The notes beneath the pieces were generated by a model. That model was given only the letters and a program-made list of their open reading frames with translations. It made no database searches and had not been told where the DNA came from. A stretch of DNA of 64,000 bases from Chrysomallon squamiferum (taxonomy: Eukaryota; Animalia; Mollusca). Location of the stretch: positions 16,492,001 to 16,556,000 of the forward strand of contig CM022671.1 of the NCBI GenBank assembly GCA_012295275.1, read 5' to 3'. The stretch's first letter is position 1. Each line of letters opens with the position of its first letter. Made by a program: the position numbers and the translations under genes. This document shows, piece after piece, positions 54,267 through 64,000 of this stretch.

Positions 54267-55171
54267 GTTAGTGGAAAAAAAAGAAAAGAAAAGAAAAGAA
54301 AAGAAAAGTTTGAAAAAAAAAAGGTGTTTATTTATCCTATATTTATATATATCAAATACTTATATTTGACTTGTTAATTCTGTCTGTGCTTAGCGGATTT
54401 CGCGTGTTCATTTAGACTCAGTTTAAAACCGCAATACTTTTAAATGTTTGTTTATTTTCTGACAGAACAGGTATTCGGAGGGTAACAATGCTTTGGATGT
54501 TGTTTTTGTGGGTTTTTTAAAAAAAAAACGTTTTTCAAAGATATATAAGTATTATGCATGTTTGTTTATAAATTGTTTAATTATGCTTGTATATTTTGTG
54601 GAATAATAATAATAATATTAATAACGATAATAATAATAATAATAATAATAATAATAGAGGTAGTAGTAGTAGTAATAATAATAATAAGAATAATAAGAAT
54701 AGGAATAATAATAATATAAGACGCTTAAAAGCGTATTTATTTCTATTAATTCATATACAAACAGAAGCGTTCTTAAGATAGAGAAGAAAAACAAACAGAA
54801 AACAAAATATATATTACATGGTACATGCTTGAACACAGCAATATATACGCACGAACGCACACGTAAACATTCTCTCTCTGTCACACATACCTCTTGATTA
54901 TGTAAACACAATTTCTGTTTATTAAATACGTCTTTGTAATTGTTCGTGGATGAAGACAATTAGTGTATACATTATTTTTTCTTCTTTTCTTACTAATATT
55001 ATTGTATGACACATTATATACATATCCGTATATCTCTACGTATGCTTATATGTATATGTGTATATGCAGGAAGGTATGTCTGTATGCTATATGTATTCAT
55101 CTTTGTATGTATGTATGTTTTTATATATGTATATATGTTTGTGTATGTATGTGTGTATATATATGTATGTA

Positions 55172-55233
<62 letters not shown>

Positions 55234-55833
55234 AGTATATACATCTACATTCATATACGTACTGGGTATATGTCTGTATGTATGCGTGTGAGTATGTGCT
55301 GTCCAGCAAAAATACACGTATCAATATGAACAGGTATATACATTCACTGTTACTAAATTTCAGGTATAACCATACTTTACTATTATACTACCCCATTTTG
55401 CTTTTATACACTCGAGTAATTCAATGGAATGAACGGATCGGTCAATATTTGCAAACCGGCCGAGATTTCCAGAGACTACAATAAGTTCTTCATTAGTAAC
55501 AAAGAGTAAATATGATCGATATGACAACTTATGAAATTATTTCATTAGCTGGGTTTTTTTCTTCTTTTTTTTTTCAGATTATGTACATTCTTAGACATTT
55601 AAGCCGTACAACCGTATTTAACGATTAGTTAAATGTATTTTATTTTCTAGAATCTTCAGTTTAAATAGCACGCAAGCATAATGACATGGTTAAAAGTGGC
55701 CTTCAGCGATAACGATTTTTTTTTCTTTTGAAATTAATGTATCGATTTATAGTCGCTTAAAGATTGTAATAAATTCATTCAAACACGTAAACTCAGAAAC
55801 TACCTAACCTGTCCGTCCGCCGATACTTGCAAA

Positions 55834-55966
55834 TTTTATTTTTTTATTTTATTTTTATTTTTATTTTTATTTTATTTTATTTTATTTTTATTTTATTTTA
55901 TTTTATTTTATTTTATTTTTATTTTTATTTTTTTTTTTTATTTTTTTTTTATTATTTTTATTTTAT
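55834..55966. repeat. (TTTTA)n/(TTTTTA)n simple repeat
   Basis: penta- and hexanucleotide run. Confidence 0.95.
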
Positions 55967-56808
55967 GTTCTTGTTCCTATTCTTTGTTTGCTAGTTTGCT
56001 TAGTTGCTTTTTATTTTTATTTTTTATGTATGTAAACGTATATATATCTGTATATATGTATATGTGTATTTCGGAGGGGTCAAATGAAAAGTTTAAAAAC
56101 AAAAACTGATTTGGAATTTGAACCCAGCTCAGTATGAAATACTGCTCTTCGAAACAAAAATCAGTCATATCACATGTATAGTATATAATTTTAAATATAT
56201 AATATATATAATTCTGCGTTTTGAAATTACAGAAATAATATGCAATATGGCGTATGTTTGTATATAACAATATGAGTGTGTGTGTGTGCGTGTCCTTTCG
56301 TTGTTGTTTTTTGAATTTGAAACAGCAATGAGGCATAGGATTTATGTTTTCGAATTTGAAACCATCTAAAATGGTAGCCAAAAACGCTGCAAGGCATGCA
56401 TAAATAAATGTTGAAAAAAGGTGACTTATTGCCGTTATTAGCTCTTAAACCATTTTTTTGTACCTCTGTGCACACTCATCCATTGTCGACGCACGCCGGC
56501 TAAATCCACAAACACGAGTTTTTGATCTGCTGTCAGCGCTGTTGTGATTTAGCGATCGGTTAGATCATCGACATATTGAATCTCTGAAGTGAGGCATGCA
56601 CATAAAATATAATAATAAAGAGGGGAATAAAAGAGAGAAAAGGGCTTAGAGCATGTTACACATGTTCGGCTGTGCAGTTCCTTTTATTACGAGCACTTGC
56701 CTTTCAGTGTTTTGCATTAACCACACTTAATATATTTAGAACGTCGTGTGGTAACGGTAGAAAAGTACACGTAGATGGGTTGGGTTCAAAAAGCAAACAA
56801 ACACTTTT

Positions 56809-56999
<191 letters not shown>

Positions 57000-57321
57000 T
57001 AGTTAACCCATCGGCTTTGGTATCGGTTTTAAAGAAATAAGGGATAATAATGTAAAAGCACACAATATCTATTGTCGTCTCTCTAACAATGTATTTGTAC
57101 AAACAAACAAACTGCTGGGTTGTATACAAAAGACACAGTCTATATATAAACATGTTGCAATGGAGATGACTAACTCAGTTTTTGTAGATACGCACGGACC
57201 TGCGAACAGACACGAATACAAAAAGCAAAGTAAGATAATGTAGAGAAAGTAAAAAAAAAACTCTCTTTACTTTTTTAAATTTAATATTACTAGTACTGCA
57301 TCTAACAACAAGAACAGTAGC

Positions 57322-57360
<39 letters not shown>

Positions 57361-58062
57361 AATAATAATAATAATAATAATAATAATCAAAAATCATAAT
57401 AATAATAATAATAATAAATTAATAAAATAATAATAATAAAAAATAATAAAAACAACAATAACCACAACCAGAACCATAAAGTCCCTTTGTTTTCTACAAG
57501 ACTACTAATGACAAAGAACTTTTAAAATAACTCCACAGACTCAACGAGATTAATTTGTACCATTTTTTTTTTTTTTTTTTTTTAAAAAAAAACCGCTTCC
57601 GAGCACAATAATTTTCTAACTGCGTTGACAAAACCCTGGGGGGAATGGCCGACTGAATGGAAGTAAAAACAACATCGGCGTTTCGCAGTAAGTCCCTACA
57701 CGTTCGATGTCGAGCAACGAAGCATTAAAAAAGCAAACGACCAACACGCAGCCACACATCCATTATGTTAACAGAGCATGCATTACCCATTGTGCTGGCC
57801 ACTGGTATCAGGATCGCCTCCGACACGCCAATTGATTCGATTTCCAATAAGTGCTGTTAAGAGGGCTTATAGTGTTATGTATGTACGAAATAAATCATAA
57901 GCATTGCCTGGGAGAGAGAGAGATTGAAACTGAACGACAATAATGGAGTTCTCGGGTCCGTTCTGACACTAACACGTCAAACGTTACTTCGTTTCTTCTT
58001 TCCTGCTAGAGCAGTTTGTTAACTGCAAATTAATATCGGGTGTAGTGCGTGTATGTGCGTGT

Positions 58063-58065
<3 letters not shown>

Positions 58066-58113
<48 letters not shown>

Positions 58114-58136
58114 TGCATGTTAGTGTATGTTGCGCG

Positions 58137-58218
<82 letters not shown>
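58066..58218. repeat. (TG)n and (CT)n microsatellites
   Basis: dinucleotide runs. Confidence 0.96.
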
Positions 58219-58224
<6 letters not shown>

Positions 58225-58733
58225 TATGGCTACGATTTTATAATCTTTTAATCTGGAGAAATGTTTATATATTACTAATAGTAATAAAAAAAAAATAATA
58301 ATAACAATAATAAAAACAACAGCAACAACAACAATAACAACAATAATAATAATAATAAACAAACAACTAATCTAAATAACTGAATCATAGATCAACGTAT
58401 TATGATTTCAGTTAATGAAAATCACATCAAAATATTATTAATGTAAAAAATAAGAATGGACAAAAGGTTAAATTTCATTCTGAACCTGGTCAAAATGCTA
58501 ATATAACAAAAATATAAAATAAAATAAGAATTCAAAAGAAATTACATTTCGCAGTTGATTTATTTCCTGACTCGAAGTGATTAAATCTCAATGTACGTGT
58601 ACTTATTCATATTTATGGATTTTTTTATGAGCCCTTTATATATTTATCATTAGTCTAGTGTTTCAGTGGATGGTGCGTATTACCTTTATAAGGAAGATCT
58701 GCATCAGCATTTCTAAAATATTATTTAATATAG

Positions 58734-58843
<110 letters not shown>

Positions 58844-59224
58844 TGTTGTTATATGATAATAAGTTGAGCTACTGACAAATGACAAAAACAAAAAAGAAAT
58901 TAAAATAATTAAAAATTGGCCATAGCAATTTCCCAGGGAAGATATAAAGGCAAATTTTACTTGTGAAAATAATGGGGATGTGTTATTTTTATATAGTTAG
59001 TGGTAAAAATTATTGCTACAGGAATTGAAAAATTAGTCAGCAGACACTGAAGGAGAATGAAATTAAAAATAATAATTGCATTTTGGTTTAAAAATAAATC
59101 CAAAATTTATTTTAAATATAATTTTTTATGGGTATTAATTTTATCATTTTTGAAAGAACAACAATTTAGGAGAAAATTGTCTTAATGTATTATAATTTAT
59201 ATCTTCTAGCCATTACAATACATA

Positions 59225-59258
<34 letters not shown>

Positions 59259-59318
59259 CACACAAATATACATACATTTGTGAATATATAGATATCAATT
59301 ATAATTTCACAAACATAT

Positions 59319-59321
<3 letters not shown>

Positions 59322-59411
<90 letters not shown>

Positions 59412-59420
59412 TGTGTGTGT
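59322..59420. repeat. (CT)n(GT)n compound microsatellite
   Basis: adjacent dinucleotide runs. Confidence 0.97.
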
Positions 59421-61604
59421 TTCTGATTTCACATACCTTTTAGTTCGTAATATTACATGATAACAGAATGTTTTATAAACAACCACATAAATCATATTAT
59501 CTTGTTCGAAGCCAGCAAATGAAACGAAAACCAGTTTTCTCGACACGGCTTGAAATTAATAACTGTGTTTGTGACAGTTTAATATTAGAGTTTTTTTTTT
59601 TTTTTTTTTTTTTCTTAACTGTAGCTTTAACAGTAGACACAGTAATTAATTATTTTCCAGGCCCACCCGAATCCGCTACCGAGTTCTTTTGTTAAATCAC
59701 TTGTTCCTTGTCCCAGCGCAGATAATAATATATTGCTTTTAAACATTACACATACACCACAGAACACAGAACTCGTTGATATTATTGTCACTTACACTGT
59801 AGTTCGTGTTAAAGGAAGGTAATTTGAAACTGTTGTAATATATATATATATATGAGTGTATGTCTGTATGCGTAGCCGCATATGTACATATATATATATA
59901 TTGTTTATTTATTTTTTGTTTGTTTATTTGTTTGTTTTATTTTATTTTATTTCATAATTTCAGATATTTTTATATATTATTTGGTAAATTAAAAAATTAA
60001 AAGATAAAATAAAAAAAAAAAAAAAGAAAGAAGAAAAAAGGAAGCTACATAATTTTTAACATTCTTTAAATGTAAAATAAGTATATCATCATGGTATTAT
60101 TTAAACAAACCTGTATCTTTTATATTTAATTTTGTTTTTAGATATATTTATTATTATTATTATTTTTAATTTAAATAAAAAAAAATCATTTAGACTGGTG
60201 ACGTAACAAGAGAACTCAAAGAAACCTTTAAAATGGCCGCTGTCATTTTTATCTCTTCTGATTTTCATATTTCTAATCTACGTAATAATTTAACAAAACA
60301 GTTTTCGGTCGCGTTTGATAAGCTTCACCGGTTGCACGATGAGTAATGTGAAGAAAAAAGAGAAACTTTCACACTATGTACTCATAATCTTTGCCTAGCT
60401 ACGACAATAAACGTAGTTATTTCTACTGCAATATGATATATCAGTCACTACATTTAGCCAGCGACAATAACAGTCTGATAAAAAAAAAAAAAATTGTCTT
60501 TTATTTATATTTTTTATTATAATTTTTTTATTTTTTTTTTTTTTTTTTAAATATTATTGTAAAATATTTTATTTCACCGTCGATAAAATATCAAATACAA
60601 AATCTCGTTTGCGACATTTTGACAGTTCTGTATTTACATAGAATAATAAATATGGTAATTAATGCATGTATGTAGTAGATAGGTGGGTCAACCATTAAAT
60701 TTTCAGTTTATGTTGGCTGCACAATCATAAATGTCTACCTTGAACATCTGTCAAAATGTTATAATTTGCATCAGAATGAACTGCTATAAAAAAAATAATA
60801 ATAATAATAATAAAACGTTCAGCTGTATGAATTATGAGTTTTCTGAAATTAAAGATGGTCATAGTAAATATAAATTTTAATAGCATCAATAACAGTTGTA
60901 ACGTAACACCATTAAAACCAGAATAGGAACCGTAATCACAATGGAAGAAAATAAAAAATAAAATAAACGTTTTTAATAATCTATTCTATAAAATGATAAA
61001 AAAAAAAAAGAAGAAAAAAAAAAAGAAAGAAAAAAGTCAAATGCGATTATGTTTGTCTTCACTCTATCAACCGTCTTTTCATTCATTAATTTATTTAATA
61101 AAAAGCAAACGCTAATAATAGCTGTTGAAACGAGTCCCAGCTAATTTACTGCAGGCGAATCCACGCACCGAACTTATAGTATTGTTCTAATATAGGTTCT
61201 CGAGAATTTAAACCAGAAGTCATTACAAACTACGTCAAAGTGCCGCCTGGGTTATTCTGTATACATTACTTGCTTCACGTAAGTACAAACGTGTGAGCTT
61301 GCATTGTCACGCAGTTTGAATGACACGTGTATGGATATCAAAATGGCATATTTGGTTAGAAAATGGTTTAAGTAGTAGCGATCACCTTTGTGATTATCTA
61401 CACTGTGACTCTGTCCAGTTAAATGAAATATCTTTTTTTTTCACATCACGACAAAGACTCCACCACAAGCGAAAGTGCGTATAGTGGTACCGGTATGTTT
61501 ACACAGTGATTCTACACTCGCATGCTTTTATTCAAGCAATAAGAATCAGCTCATTTATTTATATTTATTTATTTACTTATTTATTTATTCATTCATTCAT
61601 TCAT

Positions 61605-61657
<53 letters not shown>

Positions 61658-62249
61658 TCTTTTTCATTAATATTATTATTATTATTTAATTTTTTTAATT
61701 TTTAATTTTTTTTTTAAATCAGATACTAGCTAAAGGCAAACTGGCATTCAATGAATAATATTCTGCACACTGTGCAGCTATCTGTCATCTTTGAGCCAAA
61801 GGCAGTCTTGAATGAACCAATTAATCTTTTTTTCTTTTTTCTTTTTTTTTATAACGAGTTATTAATTCATTGATAATACGCGTTGCTATTGTTGCTGTTT
61901 AGCAACAAACAAACAGACACACTGACACACACATACACGTACTTATACATACACACTCACGCACACAACCCACCCGTACACCACACACACATACATACAG
62001 ACGTACATAGACCAGTTGTATGGCTGAATCAATCCAACGATAAATACTTAATTAATTTGGACTATATACATATATATATATACCTAAGTATTTTTTAAAT
62101 TTTATTATAAAATGTATCCGACATTCCTGAAACTGGATAGCGGTTATTATGTTATCACAACGTTTTCTTTGGGTTTTTTTTTTTCATATTTGAAACTTAA
62201 ATTCAAAGTGCTGTTTAGCAAAATGATAAACATTGGCACTTTGTGTGTG

Positions 62250-62295
<46 letters not shown>

Positions 62296-63068
62296 TACGT
62301 ACGTTTGTTGGTAGGTATGTACGTACACACAAAGACACACACACAAACACACACACACTTTTTTTTTTTTTTTTTAACCTGGCGACAGAAGAAAGAAATA
62401 ACCTAAGCCCAAAGAATGCAATAACAGTCGGGTCGAGTCAACAGATTGAGACAGGTAATTAGGTAAACTTCAGAAACATCAATGGTTGAGGTATTGTGTC
62501 ATATACCCCATGCCGCGACACACACAAACACACATTTAGACATACTATATACATACAATGAAGAAAAGAGAGAAGAAAAAAAAAAGAGAGAGAGAGAAGT
62601 TTGGCAGATTTATTGCGAAATGATAAACTGCAAAAGTCCTCATTGTGATTTGGTTTGCTTTGTTAAAACCCAGTTAAAATTTTTCAATACATAAATAAAG
62701 AAATAAAGAAAGAAAGAACGAAAGTAAGAAGAAGAAAAAGAATGACGTTTTCAGTTATTCTGGAACAGTTCAGATAACCCGAACAGTAAGGGAAAAATCG
62801 TATTTATTTTCACTGTTTGAGAATAAGATACTTCTTTTCAGTTATTTTCTCTTTACATCTTTGCCTTGTTTTTGTTATTATTTATAATCTTTATTTTATT
62901 TATCCTTCAGTGTATCATTTATCTTGTAATATTTAAAAGAGTCAATTATTCATTTTATTTTACTTATTTCAATACAAATTAATGATAAAAAGAACAATTC
63001 AAATGCATATAATACATTTTTTAAACAACAAAAAACATACAATATTACTTCTTGATTATGACCTGTTC

Positions 63069-63072
<4 letters not shown>

Positions 63073-63140
<68 letters not shown>
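63073..63140. repeat. (AG)n microsatellite
   Basis: dinucleotide run. Confidence 0.97.
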
Positions 63141-63142
<2 letters not shown>

Positions 63143-63214
63143 TTTTAATTTCCTTATCCATCACTATGGTTTAGTTATTCTTATCATCATTATTACTGTT
63201 ACTACTACTACCAC

Positions 63215-63262
<48 letters not shown>

Positions 63263-64000
63263 ATGCAAACAAGGATGTATTAATTTTATTAAATATACAA
63301 CATAAACTGGACTGATAAATGCAAGCACTTCAACCGACAATAGTTTTATATTTTTAGAACAGAAACAATCAAATGACGTCAGATTTAATCGCGGAGTTTG
63401 TTTTAAATGGCAAAAATGTGAGGTAATATTTACTGGGGCAGTTAAAAGAACAAAAAACTATTTAAAAAACCAAAAAGTGTAAAGAAAAAATAGCAAAACG
63501 TTAAAGAAGAAAAAAAAAAAAAAAAAACAACAACACTGCTTCTGTTTTCAACTAAGTTAGCCGAAGAACTTTTGTTTTGATTATGCCGTTCCCTAGAAGA
63601 GACAGTGAAAAGGTGGGTAGTTTTAAAATTAGTATTAACGTAATACTCATCGCTGCTTTTGATATTACTTATTTAGCTGTATAAAACAGACGTAATCAAA
63701 TTTTATCAAAAACTCCATAACTGATAAATAAAAACACATCTTTAATTTTTAAACTTTGCGCCGAAAAACGTAAACACTATGTTATAATCACGAGACTTCA
63801 GCATAGTAAACATCCGGTAGTCATTGGTACTAGAAAATTACCAAGCAGATGTTACGAATATCGTCGAGTAATAACGATAGTAATCAAGAATAACTGTCTA
63901 CCTATTGCTTGGCTTCCATTTGCATATTCACTTTTCTATTTTTTTAATTCAGTTGCCTGATTGATTTTTAATCCCGTTGTTTGATTGGTCCATTTATTTA

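Noticed and set aside
54963-55484. 173-aa Cys/Val/Tyr-rich ORF
   Set aside because: Built from TG/TA low-complexity repeats, with no domain or splice support.

Overview
AT-rich, microsatellite-dense, intron-containing animal DNA. It looks like an invertebrate with gene-body methylation, possibly a mollusc, but the taxon cannot be fixed from sequence alone. Two complete housekeeping genes lie head-to-head about 1.5 kb apart. COG6 (minus strand, 19 coding exons, 15777-26332) has an apparent 1-nt deletion and frameshift in exon 5. EDEM1 (plus strand, 12 coding exons, 27838-36772, 561 aa) is intact. Several introns of both genes carry tandem repeats that copy the adjacent exon end together with its splice site. 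At 44.4-53.0 kb (minus strand) are two decayed paralogous copies of a spliced gene. The longer copy has phase-compatible exons that read as a TIR-like N-terminus, a Ser/Pro-rich linker and a recognisable SH2 domain, all broken by stop codons. Also present are Tigger/pogo-type MITEs, a tRNA-derived SINE-like fragment, dispersed duplications, a probable promoter and first exon at about 54.1 kb, and many simple repeats. Most ORF-track entries are microsatellite artefacts.
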